A DNA stretch of 64,000 bases from Candidatus Blautia merdigallinarum (GTDB lineage: Bacteria; Bacillota; Clostridia; Lachnospirales; Lachnospiraceae), in NCBI GenBank assembly GCA_019119535.1, contig DWWV01000023.1:4655-68654 (forward strand), written 5' to 3'. Positions within the stretch are counted from its first letter, which is position 1. Every line of letters starts with the position of its first letter. The translations under genes and the position numbers were made by a program. The notes beneath the pieces are model-generated. The model was not told where the DNA came from. It worked only from the letters and a program-made list of their open reading frames with translations, and ran no database searches. Below are positions 28,504-37,661 of this stretch, one piece after another.

Positions 28504-28640
28504 ATCGTTCCTCCTTATTATAACTGTTATAATAACACTTATATTATAAGAGTTCAAGAGGGAATGTGTTATTTCTGCTACCCATGGGCTATCCTAATGT
28601 AAGTGCTGTCCCTTGAGGTCTGTTTCCGGAATTGGACCAA

Positions 28641-28700
28641 AAGAGAAAGCTGGTGAACTTCACATACAGATTTCTGTGTGAAGTCCACCAGCTTTCTCTT
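28641..28700 (-). terminator. Very long hairpin (~27 bp stem) just after the iadA stop
   Basis: AAGAGAAAGCTGGTGAACTTCACATACAG-ATTT-CTGTGTGAAGTCCACCAGCTTTCTCTT. Confidence 0.65.
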
Positions 28701-28702
28701 TC

Positions 28703-29896
28703 TCAAGCCTTTTCAAAAGTTCCAAATATCTGCAGCTTTCCGTCTCTTACCATGACCTGTCCTTTTGCCATAACAGTCTTAAGCTCTAAGCGGTCTTCTG
28801 ACAGAAGACAGATATCAGCGTCAAAGCCTTCTTTTATCCGACCTTTGCCATGGAGTTTTAAAATAGAAGCAGGGTTGGAGGTGATTCCTTTCACTGCAAT
28901 TTCCAGAGGGATTCCCTCTTTTTGTACACACTCACGTACTTCTTTTAACAGGCAGGAAGCTTTTCCAATCCCGATTCCCTGATACTTGCCTTTTTCATTA
29001 AATACGGGCATACTGCCCTGACCGTCTGAAGAGATCGTGAACCGGTCACTGGAAATGCCAAGGTCAAGGAGACGGCAGATTCCTTTGCATACCCGGATCT
29101 CATCACAGATTGTTTCCCAGTAATCAATGTCCTCATTGCCGGTGAAATCAATAGTTCCCCCTTTCTTTGCAAAGTCCAGACAGGCCTCAAAAAGTGAGGC
29201 ATTGCGGTTTACGTGGGTAGGCAAAAACTGAGATGGGGGAATCTCTGTCTCATGGACCACCTGCTGGATCAGATCCAGCCTGCGGGGGCTGTCTCCAAGG
29301 TGAACATTAACGATCCCGGCCTTGCCAGAGAGCATTCCGGCCACACGGGCGTCTGCTGCGATCCGAGCAAATTCCTGGAAGGAAGGCTGGGAGGAACGAT
29401 GGTCGGAGATGGCAATTTCTCCCACGCCGATCACTTTGTCCAGCATCATGATGTCCTTCATCAGACTGTCGGTCAGTGTATGGACCGGAACCTGATACGA
29501 ACCGGTATAGGCGAAAGTAGTAATACCTTCGTTTTCCAGACCATGTGCTTTAGCCAGCAGAGCAGTCATATCTCTGCCTACGCCGTCTGTGCCGATACAG
29601 CCGACTACGGTGGTGATACCGTTGAGGATAAGATCTTTAAGGGAAGCCTCCGGGGTTCTGGTGTGAAATCCACCTTCGCCGCCGCCTCCCAGGATATGCT
29701 CATGACTGTCGATAAATCCGGGAAGGGCAGCCATTCCTTCTCCATTGATTTCCTGTACTTCTATACTTCCTCCGAAATCTGCTTTTAGTTTTTCACCAAC
29801 TGCGGCAATCTTACTGCCCAGGATCAGAATATCCTTTATTCCTGCATATTCCGGCTGGTAAACTTTTGCATTTCTGATAATCGTTACCATTGACAT
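28703..29896 (-). CDS. iadA: Isoaspartyl dipeptidase (beta-aspartyl peptidase)
   Basis: PGFIDSHEHILGGGGEGGFHTRTPE, GEIAISDHRSS, VHLG, PTHVNR, SSDGQGSMP. Confidence 0.94.
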   Translation of the reverse strand: MSMVTIIRNAKVYQPEYAGIKDILILGSKIAAVGEKLKADFGGSIEVQEINGEGMAALPGFIDSHEHILGGGGEGGFHTRTPEASLKDLILNGITTVVGCIGTDGVGRDMTALLAKAHGLENEGITTFAYTGSYQVPVHTLTDSLMKDIMMLDKVIGVGEIAISDHRSSQPSFQEFARIAADARVAGMLSGKAGIVNVHLGDSPRRLDLIQQVVHETEIPPSQFLPTHVNRNASLFEACLDFAKKGGTIDFTGNEDIDYWETICDEIRVCKGICRLLDLGISSDRFTISSDGQGSMPVFNEKGKYQGIGIGKASCLLKEVRECVQKEGIPLEIAVKGITSNPASILKLHGKGRIKEGFDADICLLSEDRLELKTVMAKGQVMVRDGKLQIFGTFEKA

Positions 29897-29945
29897 ATCG
29901 GTACCTGCTTTCCTTATATTAATATTCTGCCGCGAATCAGAAGTT

Positions 29946-31691
29946 TTACTGAAGATTCACGGCCACAGCAACTGCTATGATGATCGTACCCATGATGAAG
30001 AAAAATGTCTGCATTTTAATGGCGAATTTCGCCCATTTTCCCCATTCGATCCTGGCAACACCCAGAACGCCGATAAGGCTGGCAGATACCGGAGTAAAGG
30101 CATCTACAAAGCCGGCACCCATCTGATATGCCAGGACGGCAATCTGACGGGGCACGCCTACCAGGTCGGCTAAAGGAGCCATGATAGGCATTGTCAGAGC
30201 TGCCTGACCAGAGTTAGAGGTTACCACCAGGTTAAACAGACTTTGGAAGATATACATAGACCATGCGCCGATAAAGGCTGGCACACCTTCCAGAACAGTG
30301 CCGATACCATAGAGGACGGTGTTCAGCGTGGAAGGAGTGTTTGCATCAGAACCGCCCAGTACCAGAAGGATTCCCTGAGCCATACCTACAACCACTGCAG
30401 TACCTGCCAGGTCTGATACGCCTCCCTGGAAGGCAGAGGCCATTCCGTTTATGGTCATGCCGTTCAGCTTGAAGATGATCGCAATGACACCGGCTACAAA
30501 TCCCATAACAAAAAACTGGGAGGCGATTTCCGGAATATAGAAGCCTTTCTGAGTAACGCCCCAGATAATCCAGATCAGTACGGCAAGCATTTCGATAAGG
30601 ATTAGTTTGTGGCCCAGATTGAATTCTCTTTCTTCTTCCGGTACAGCATCCATACGGTCACGGAAATAAGCGTCTCCTGTATATACCACAGAACTTTCCG
30701 GGGTTTTCCGGATGCGCTCTGCATATACCATCATAAACCCGGCAGAAGCCAGAGTTACCACAAACCACATCACCAGACGGAAATTAGCGCCGGAGAGTAC
30801 AGGAACCCCTGCAATACCCTGGGCAACAGCCACAGAAAAAGGACTCATCCAGGAAACTGCATTTCCTACCTGAGAGGCCACATAAGTTACTGTTACGGCT
30901 ACAATGGAGTCATAACCAAGTGCAATAACAAAAGGAACCATGATCATGGCAAAGGGAATACATTCCTCCGCCATACCAAAAGTAGCTCCTCCAAGGGAAA
31001 ACAAGATAAAGAGAAGTGGAAGAGCCAGACGTTCCAAGCCCTTTGTAGTTTTTATAAATGCATAGATACCTGCGTCTATAGCGCCAGTCTTCATAATAAT
31101 GCCAAAGGCGCCTCCCACTACCAGGATCAGAGCACAGATGCCGATGGCGGAGCCGGAACGGTCACCAGTTACCAGACCTTCAAATACATAATTCAGAAAT
31201 CCAAAGCCGCCGAAATCTTCAGTTCCCCAGATACCTGCGGTTTTATGAAGTTTCTTACTGGTATCATAGAAATCTTCCCCATAGCGGGCATACATTTCAT
31301 CATCGCTGATGCCTGCCGCGTCCAGGTCTTCCTGAGTCCAGGCAGAAGAATCTGTTTCCAGAAGGGCTGCCAGAGCTTCCGTGTCTACTTCCATCTCTTC
31401 CAGGGCAGAAGGATCCTGGCTGATGTCAGTGAGAGCTTCTTTTACAAAATCTGTATCCAGATTATAGCTGTATCGGAAAGTCTCTGCCATCAGTACCGTT
31501 CTTTCGGCAATCTCTCCATTGGAATCTGTATACTCGATGGTATGGGTGCTGAATTTTCCTGCCGGCACTAAAAATGTGAGAATCCAGCAGAAAACTACCA
31601 CGAAAAAGATAATCGCGTAGGTATGGGGAGTTTTTAGCTTTGTCAGGTCCCTTTTTACCGGAGCCGCTCCCCTTTTTTTCTTAAATGACAT
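29946..31691 (-). CDS. YfcC-family (DcuC/ArcD-related) transporter with an enlarged acidic loop
   Basis: PHTYAII, VGGAFGII, GATFGMAEE, SNSGQAALTMPIMAPLADLVGVPRQIAVLAYQMG; ~12 TM. Confidence 0.88.
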   Translation of the reverse strand: MSFKKKRGAAPVKRDLTKLKTPHTYAIIFFVVVFCWILTFLVPAGKFSTHTIEYTDSNGEIAERTVLMAETFRYSYNLDTDFVKEALTDISQDPSALEEMEVDTEALAALLETDSSAWTQEDLDAAGISDDEMYARYGEDFYDTSKKLHKTAGIWGTEDFGGFGFLNYVFEGLVTGDRSGSAIGICALILVVGGAFGIIMKTGAIDAGIYAFIKTTKGLERLALPLLFILFSLGGATFGMAEECIPFAMIMVPFVIALGYDSIVAVTVTYVASQVGNAVSWMSPFSVAVAQGIAGVPVLSGANFRLVMWFVVTLASAGFMMVYAERIRKTPESSVVYTGDAYFRDRMDAVPEEEREFNLGHKLILIEMLAVLIWIIWGVTQKGFYIPEIASQFFVMGFVAGVIAIIFKLNGMTINGMASAFQGGVSDLAGTAVVVGMAQGILLVLGGSDANTPSTLNTVLYGIGTVLEGVPAFIGAWSMYIFQSLFNLVVTSNSGQAALTMPIMAPLADLVGVPRQIAVLAYQMGAGFVDAFTPVSASLIGVLGVARIEWGKWAKFAIKMQTFFFIMGTIIIAVAVAVNLQ

Positions 31692-31735
31692 GATAAATGT
31701 CCCCTTTCTCTAAAAATGCATTAATATAATACATG

Positions 31736-31753
31736 ATTGCATAAAGATACACA
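31736..31753. promoter_or_regulatory. Possible ArgR/AhrC (ARG) box upstream of yfcC
   Basis: AT-TGCAT-AAAG-ATACA-CA, plus a second TGCAT half-site at 31717. Confidence 0.3.
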
Positions 31754-31775
31754 ACTGTTATTTTCTGGTTTCAGC

Positions 31776-31834
31776 AAAAAAATACCCGGATAATTCAACA
31801 CAGTCTTTTGGCTGTGCTGAGTTATCCGGGTATT
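31776..31834 (-). terminator. Terminator of cbiMNQ-cbiO/K
   Basis: 23-bp stem AATACCCGGATAATTCAACACAG / CTGTGCTGAGTTATCCGGGTATT, with a minus-strand T tract. Confidence 0.78.
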
Positions 31835-31854
31835 GTCAGAATTTTTCCTGGCGT

Positions 31855-33519
31855 TTACATCTCTGCGGCAGTTCTCAGGTGTTCTACCAGCAGGCTGCGG
31901 ATTCCAGTATATTCGCCAAGTCCCTTTATCACTGGCTCCACTTCAAAACCGGCAGCTTTAAACTGGCTGTACCAGGAATCTGGATCGTCTCCGGCCATAT
32001 CATTTTTGGCATGGTCTCCGGCTACGATCATAAAGGGAGCCAGCACTACTTTAGAAGGATTGTATTCTTTCACCATCCGCATCAGACTTTCCATAGAAGG
32101 ATAGGCTTCCACTGTGCCAAGGAAAATGTTTTTATAGCCTTTATCCTTGAAAGTATAATCCAGAGCGGCATAGATAGAGTTGGCATAATGAGTGGTACCG
32201 TGGCCCATAAGTACCAGCACCTGATCCTGGGCAAGGTCAGAAAATTCATCGGCAATTGCCTGAATCACTGCCAGATTGTCTTCTGCACTGGTCAGGAGAG
32301 GGTCGCCGAAAGAGATGGAATGGAAATCGTTGCGGTAAGCCAGGGCGTCTTCTTTCATCAGATCATTTTCGATACCATTTATAACATGGGTAGGCTGTAC
32401 CAGAACATCGGTGATCCCGTCCTTTTTCATCTGCTCCATGGCTTCACGGACATTGAATACATGGACATTGTCTCGCTCTTTCAGTTTTTTAATGATCATT
32501 TTGCTGGTCCATGCCCGGTAAAGAGCGTAGTCGGGAAAGGCTTCCTGCATATCCCTTTCAATAGCGTCAATCGTGATTTCTCTGGTGTCGTTGTGGCTGG
32601 TGCCGAAGCTTACAGCCAGAATGGCTTTTTTTGTTTCTGCTGTCACTGGTTTCTTTCCTCCGTAATGTGGGTTTAATTTTATTTCTTCTATATATTGCTC
32701 CAGGGTCTTTAAGTTCCTGGGAATTTCAAGGGATGCTTTCAGGATGCCTTTTCTGCACAGACTTTCAAAAAGCTCCAGAACTGCAGGAGGTTCCAGATTT
32801 GTCTGGCTCAGGATCCGTTTATTGGAAAAGACCTGGCTGGGAGAACCGTGAAGGAGAACTTTTCCCTCATGGAAAAGTATCACTTCATCTGCCCACTCAT
32901 AGGCATAATCTACATCATGGGTAGCCATAAGAACGGTAATTCCTGCTTCTGTCATCTGGTCTACAATATGGTTTACCATCTGGGTATGCTTTGGATCCAG
33001 GGCCGCTGCCGGCTCGTCCAGGATAATGATATCCGGATGCATGACCAGGATATCTGCAATGGAGACCTGCTTTTTCTGTCCGCCGCTTAAAGCGTGGGTA
33101 GGCTTATGCCGGAAAGGAGTGATCTCCAGATAATCGATGACTTTCTCCACCTCTTTTTTTGCCTCTTCGGGAGAAACGCCGAGATTCAGGATGCCAAAAG
33201 AGATTTCCTGGTAGACACTGGCAGAGAAAAGCTGGTTATCCGGGTCCTGAAAGACGATGCCCACTTTGCTCCTCAGATCCAGAAGGCTTTTTTTGTCGTA
33301 GGCATATTCCTTTCCTTTAAAAAACAGATGCCCTTTCTGAGGCTTTAAAATCCCTGTACAGCAGAGGAAAAAGGTGGATTTTCCACTGCCGTTGGCTCCC
33401 ATAACGGCTATCTTTTGACCTTTTTTTATTTCCAGAGACAGTCCATTGAGAGAATGGCTGTTGTCATCGTCATAAGAATAATAAAGGTTCTCTGCTTTTA
33501 AGATAATATCTTGATTCAT
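31855..33519 (-). CDS. cbiO-cbiK: Fusion of cobalt ECF ATPase (CbiO) and sirohydrochlorin cobaltochelatase (CbiK)
   Basis: Walker A GANGSGKST, LSGGQKK, LDEP; then AVSFGTS, RAWTS, LMGHGT, PFMIVAGDHAKNDMAG. ATG 33519 overlaps the cbiQ stop (ATGA). Confidence 0.92.
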   Translation of the reverse strand: MNQDIILKAENLYYSYDDDNSHSLNGLSLEIKKGQKIAVMGANGSGKSTFFLCCTGILKPQKGHLFFKGKEYAYDKKSLLDLRSKVGIVFQDPDNQLFSASVYQEISFGILNLGVSPEEAKKEVEKVIDYLEITPFRHKPTHALSGGQKKQVSIADILVMHPDIIILDEPAAALDPKHTQMVNHIVDQMTEAGITVLMATHDVDYAYEWADEVILFHEGKVLLHGSPSQVFSNKRILSQTNLEPPAVLELFESLCRKGILKASLEIPRNLKTLEQYIEEIKLNPHYGGKKPVTAETKKAILAVSFGTSHNDTREITIDAIERDMQEAFPDYALYRAWTSKMIIKKLKERDNVHVFNVREAMEQMKKDGITDVLVQPTHVINGIENDLMKEDALAYRNDFHSISFGDPLLTSAEDNLAVIQAIADEFSDLAQDQVLVLMGHGTTHYANSIYAALDYTFKDKGYKNIFLGTVEAYPSMESLMRMVKEYNPSKVVLAPFMIVAGDHAKNDMAGDDPDSWYSQFKAAGFEVEPVIKGLGEYTGIRSLLVEHLRTAAEM

Positions 33520-34292
33520 GAGAAAAATCTCCTCCATAAGGCAAAAATGAAAAGTGCAGTATCAAAGACTGCGATAGCGGCAATGATTTTTTTTCTGGGA
33601 GGCTGATTCTCTGACAGCACCTGAATTCTGCCATCGTAACACCGGGCTTCCATAGAGTCATAAAGTTTATTGGAGCGGGAGATAGCCCGCATCATAAGTA
33701 CAGAGCCCAGCAGCCCGAAAGACTTTAAAGAAGTCCTGTAATCTTTATTTCCAAGACGGCAGTTCTGGGATGTGGTAATAGCAGAAGCTGTGTTCAGGAG
33801 AATAAAAATAAAACGATAGATCAGCAGCATCAGCTCAATAAGAAGACCAGGGCAGTGGAGTTTTCCCAGTACTTCCAGAATATCCGGCATAGGAGTGGTA
33901 AAGGACAGAAAATACAGGCAGGATACAGCTCCCAAGGCTGTCAGGATCAGCTGTACTGCATAAAAAAAAGAATCGGTACTTGCCGTCACATACCAGCTGC
34001 CGATTGGAATCGCAAAAAGATCCAGAGGGGCTTTTTTGATATTAAACATGATCGCTATTGTGCTTAGAAATAAAAAAGCCAGTGGTACAGTGAGAAACCT
34101 CAGATAACGGAAAACAGGGACCCCGCCTTTCCATACAGCAAGAATCCCTGTCACAGCTAAAACAATACATGCCACTGCAATGGAACGACTCATTACACAA
34201 ATGCAAAGTGTAATCACTGCAAAGGCAAATTTTTCACCGGCATTTTCATAGCGAAGCTTTGAATTATAACAGAGCTTGTCTATGGTAATCAC
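33516..34292 (-). CDS. cbiQ: Cobalt ECF transporter T component
   Basis: FTTPMPDIL, LIYRFIF, SQNCRLG, MEARCYDG. Confidence 0.92.
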   Translation of the reverse strand: MITIDKLCYNSKLRYENAGEKFAFAVITLCICVMSRSIAVACIVLAVTGILAVWKGGVPVFRYLRFLTVPLAFLFLSTIAIMFNIKKAPLDLFAIPIGSWYVTASTDSFFYAVQLILTALGAVSCLYFLSFTTPMPDILEVLGKLHCPGLLIELMLLIYRFIFILLNTASAITTSQNCRLGNKDYRTSLKSFGLLGSVLMMRAISRSNKLYDSMEARCYDGRIQVLSENQPPRKKIIAAIAVFDTALFIFALWRRFFS

Positions 34293-34307
34293 GGGAAACT
34301 CCTTCCT

Positions 34308-34613
34308 TTATTGTTCTTCATGTTTCATCCATTTTCTTCGTTCCACGAACCTGCCCATGATAAAGGCAATGATTCCCACACCGATACCGGTCTGGATACA
34401 AAAGAAAAGGCTTTCAACCTCTCCTGGCAGTTCTCCGCCAATGAGCCTTTCCAGAATAGGAGTGGCCCAGGGCTCATAGGAAGAATCCACCTCTTCTACT
34501 ACCTGGCTGCCTGCATCATCGGAGCCTCCGAACTTGGCATCTTTTAAAGCAAAGAGAGGAACCAGAGCGATTAAAAAAATTAAGAGGATTCCCAGAAACA
34601 CTTTCTTTTTCAT
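34308..34613 (-). CDS. cbiN: Cobalt transport protein CbiN
   Basis: FGGSDD, YEPW, GEVESLFFCIQTGIG. Confidence 0.92.
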   Translation of the reverse strand: MKKKVFLGILLIFLIALVPLFALKDAKFGGSDDAGSQVVEEVDSSYEPWATPILERLIGGELPGEVESLFFCIQTGIGVGIIAFIMGRFVERRKWMKHEEQ

Positions 34614-34616
34614 GGC

Positions 34617-35363
34617 TTATTTTCCCTCCTTTATAAATCCGATAGTACGAAGCTCTGGCTTTGCATAGGTTTCCAGTCCCATGACGATGAGGACTGTAAT
34701 AATCCCTTCAATGATGGCCAGAGGCACCTGGGTAGGAGCAAAAACCACAAGAAATTTCACCAAAGCGCCGCCTATGCTAGTATCTGCATGGTGAGCAAGA
34801 GCCATCTGTAAAGCGGTGATGCAGTATGTGAATAAGTCGCCTAAAGCGGCGGCCAGAAAAACACTGGCCCGCTTGTTCATCCCACTTTTGTTACAAAGTT
34901 TATATATCCCATAGGAAAGGAAAGGTCCTGCTATGGCCATGGAAAAGGTATTGGCCCCAATAGTGGTAAGGCCGCCGTGAGCCAGCAGAATGGCCTGGAA
35001 CAAAAGAACGATCAGTCCCAGCACAGAAACAGCAGAGGGACCGAACAAAATGGCACCCAGTCCAGTTCCTGTCATATGAGAACAGCTTCCTGTTACAGAA
35101 GGGATCTTCAGTGATGAGATCACAAAGATAAAAGCGCCGGACATGGCCAGCAATGTGATCAGATTTCGGTGGTCATTTAAAGTTTTCTTTATGGACATGA
35201 AACCTGCGATCAAAAAAGGCAGGCACAGAACACCCCAGGCAATGCAAAAACCTCCGGGCAGATATCCCTCCATAATGTGCATGGCGCTGACATTGGGGAC
35301 AATGCCGAAGGTGAGGGCAAAAGCCCCTGCCAGAGCCAGAATACGTTTTTCCTGTTTACTCAT
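34617..35363 (-). CDS. cbiM: Cobalt ECF S component with cleavable leader
   Basis: Signal peptide ending VSA, then MHIMEGYLP; SCSHMTG, LLAHGG, QVPLAIIEG. Confidence 0.94.
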   Translation of the reverse strand: MSKQEKRILALAGAFALTFGIVPNVSAMHIMEGYLPGGFCIAWGVLCLPFLIAGFMSIKKTLNDHRNLITLLAMSGAFIFVISSLKIPSVTGSCSHMTGTGLGAILFGPSAVSVLGLIVLLFQAILLAHGGLTTIGANTFSMAIAGPFLSYGIYKLCNKSGMNKRASVFLAAALGDLFTYCITALQMALAHHADTSIGGALVKFLVVFAPTQVPLAIIEGIITVLIVMGLETYAKPELRTIGFIKEGK

Positions 35364-35461
35364 TTTCTTCTCCTTTCTGATAGTAAAATGTGATTTTTCC
35401 GCCGCAGTGCAATCTTGACACTTGACGGAGATTTTATTACAGGGCGAAAAAGTTCCCCTGC

Positions 35462-35493
35462 AATAAAAAAACCTGAGGGACGATTCCCACAGG
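35462..35493 (-). terminator. Riboswitch attenuator
   Basis: Minus strand CCTGTGGGA-ATCG-TCCCTCAGG followed by TTTTTTTATT. Confidence 0.7.
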
Positions 35494-35590
35494 CTACCAG
35501 AAGAACAAGAGGTATAGCAAAGCGAATTGAACTGCTATGAGCCAACCTGTTCTTACACGAGGCCATCGTTCGTAACCTGTGTAAATTTCG

Positions 35591-35777
35591 TGTACAAGGC
35601 AGGTCTTCTGACTCGGGTATCTTCATCGTATTTCAGCCTTCCCAGGTGATTTCCCAGTGACGCAGGTTTGCAGAAACCTTGCAAGAAATACAATTCCTCC
35701 CTTACAGCGGCGTGACCGTGTGAGCTTTCCACTCAGCTTTCCTATTCTCCTGCATTTTATGCAGGCACCTTTGTACA
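35591..35777 (-). promoter_or_regulatory. Full-length (class I) cobalamin riboswitch
   Basis: Minus strand AAGGTGC..AATAGGGAA..GAGTGGAAAGCTC..CGCCGCTGTAA..GTCACTG..TGGGAAGGC..GAGTCAGAAGACCTGCC, closed by GTACAAAGG/CCTTGTAC. Confidence 0.92.
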
Positions 35778-35792
35778 TTCAATTCTGGATTT

Positions 35793-35820
35793 ATTGTAGC
35801 ATATACAGGATTTTTGTCAA
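35793..35820 (-). promoter_or_regulatory. SigA promoter for the cbiM leader
   Basis: TTGACA-16-TACAAT with extended -10 TG. Confidence 0.65.
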
Positions 35821-35833
35821 TAGGAATCAATCA

Positions 35834-35862
35834 TTGCACGGGAAAGAATTCTATGCTAAGAT
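35834..35862 (+). promoter_or_regulatory. SigA promoter for the hem operon (back-to-back)
   Basis: TTGCAC-17-TAAGAT with extended -10 TG. Confidence 0.55.
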
Positions 35863-35932
35863 GAGAAAAGATTGAGTGGAGATAAGACCGTTCATAATTC
35901 ATAAGAGAAAGAAAATAGGGGAGAGTAAAGAC

Positions 35933-37162
35933 ATGAGTATTTCCATGATTGGAATCGACTACAAAAAGGCATCAGTAGATGTTCGGGCCCAGTTTTCATT
36001 TACGAAAAAAAATACAGTTGCAGCCCTGGAAAATCTGAAAAAAGAGCCGGGAATCCTGGGCTGTATTATTCTGTCTACCTGTAACCGTATGGAGATTTGG
36101 GCCAGTACTGGGGAAGACTGGAAAGGTTCTCTCTATGAATTTTTATGCAGAGAAAAAGAGAAGGATCCGGATGAATTCCGGCAGTATTTTGTTTCCAGAA
36201 AAGAGGAGGAGGCAGTAGAGCATTTGTTCTATCTTACCAGCGGCCTGAAATCCCAGATTCTTGCAGAGGACCAGATCATTACCCAGGTGAAAGATGCCCT
36301 GGCCCTTTCCAGAGAAGCTTACTGTACAGATAATGTTCTGGAGGTATTATTCCGCATGGCGGTTACTGCTGCAAAGAAAGTAAAGACCCAGGTAAGCTTT
36401 TCCAGAGCCAACAGCTCTGTGATCCACCAGGCTATAGAACGTCTGGAAAATCAGGGATTTTCCATCCAGGGAAAAACCTGTATGGTTATTGGAAACGGCG
36501 AAATGGGGAAGGTAACTGCTCTGGCTCTTAAGGAAGCAGGAGCAGATGTAACGGTCACAGTGCGGCAGTACCGCAGCGGGATTGTGACAATCCCTCAGGG
36601 CTGCGACAGGATCAATTATGGAGAACGGCTGGAGTTTCTTCCAAAATGTGATCTGGCAGTCAGCGCTACAGCAAGTCCCAATTATACGCTGACTATGGAG
36701 CAGATTGAAAATGCAGAAATTCCCGGACATATTGTTCTTATCGATTTGGCAGTGCCAAGAGACATTGAGCCTTCAGCAGGGACCCTTAGTAATGTGACCT
36801 TATACGATATTGACAGTTTCAAGATCGATGCCGTATCCCCCAAGCTCCAGGCCAGCCTTGACCAGGCAGGGAAGATCCTTCAGGAGCAGCAGGAGGAGTT
36901 TTACAGCTGGTACAATGGCAGAGATCTGATCCCAAGGATTCAGGAGATCAAGGCAGATGCAGTAGAAGATCTGAACCTGCGTATCATGAAGATATTAAGG
37001 AAGACTCCCATGGAAGAGAAAGACCGGGAAAATCTTTTAAATGCCATTGACACAGCTGCCGGGAAAGTGGTCAACAAGATGATGTTCGGCCTGAAGGATT
37101 TTATGAAAGAAGAAGAGTTTATAAATTGTGTGGAAGGGTTGGAGAAGCTATATGAAGAGTAA
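35933..37162 (+). CDS. hemA: Glutamyl-tRNA reductase
   Basis: ILSTCNRMEIW, SGLKSQILAEDQIITQVK, IGNGEMG, DLAVPRDIEP. Confidence 0.93.
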   Translation: MSISMIGIDYKKASVDVRAQFSFTKKNTVAALENLKKEPGILGCIILSTCNRMEIWASTGEDWKGSLYEFLCREKEKDPDEFRQYFVSRKEEEAVEHLFYLTSGLKSQILAEDQIITQVKDALALSREAYCTDNVLEVLFRMAVTAAKKVKTQVSFSRANSSVIHQAIERLENQGFSIQGKTCMVIGNGEMGKVTALALKEAGADVTVTVRQYRSGIVTIPQGCDRINYGERLEFLPKCDLAVSATASPNYTLTMEQIENAEIPGHIVLIDLAVPRDIEPSAGTLSNVTLYDIDSFKIDAVSPKLQASLDQAGKILQEQQEEFYSWYNGRDLIPRIQEIKADAVEDLNLRIMKILRKTPMEEKDRENLLNAIDTAAGKVVNKMMFGLKDFMKEEEFINCVEGLEKLYEE

Positions 37163-37661
37163 AGAGAAAAAAATGTTTCCCCTCTTTGTGGACCTGACCC
37201 AAAAAAAAGTTCTGGTAGTAGGGGCAGGGAAGATTGCTTCCCGGAGAGTAAAAACCCTTTTGCCCTTTGCAGGGGAAGTGGCAGTAGAAGCCCCTGAGGC
37301 TTCTGAAGAGATCCTCAGCCTGGCCCGTCAGGGAGAGATCCTTTACAGAGAAAAGACCTATTCCAGAGAGGACCTTTATGATGCAGATCTGGTCATTGCG
37401 GCCACAGACAGCAAAGAAGTAAATGAAGATATTTACAGTGCCTGCAAATGTCTGGGAATTCAGGTAAATGTAGCCAGCGACCAGAATAAATGCGACTTTC
37501 ATTTTCCAGGAATCCTGGAATACGAGGGTGTAGTCATAGGATTCAACGGAAGCGGAAAAGACCACAGGAAAGTGAGAGAGGTCCGGGAAAAAACCCAGAA
37601 GACATTGCTGGGAGACAACATGGAGGTACAAGATGAAGAAAGTCATAATCGGCAGCCGTGA
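37152..37661 (+). CDS. sirC: Precorrin-2 dehydrogenase (SirC/Met8p-like, CysG N-terminal family)
   Basis: FPLFVDLTQKKVLVVGAGKIASRR, VIAATD, CDFHFP. Confidence 0.8.
   Translation: MKSKEKKMFPLFVDLTQKKVLVVGAGKIASRRVKTLLPFAGEVAVEAPEASEEILSLARQGEILYREKTYSREDLYDADLVIAATDSKEVNEDIYSACKCLGIQVNVASDQNKCDFHFPGILEYEGVVIGFNGSGKDHRKVREVREKTQKTLLGDNMEVQDEESHNRQP

Noticed and set aside
30609-32676. 320-aa and 265-aa plus-strand ORFs
   Set aside because: Antisense to yfcC and cbiO-cbiK.
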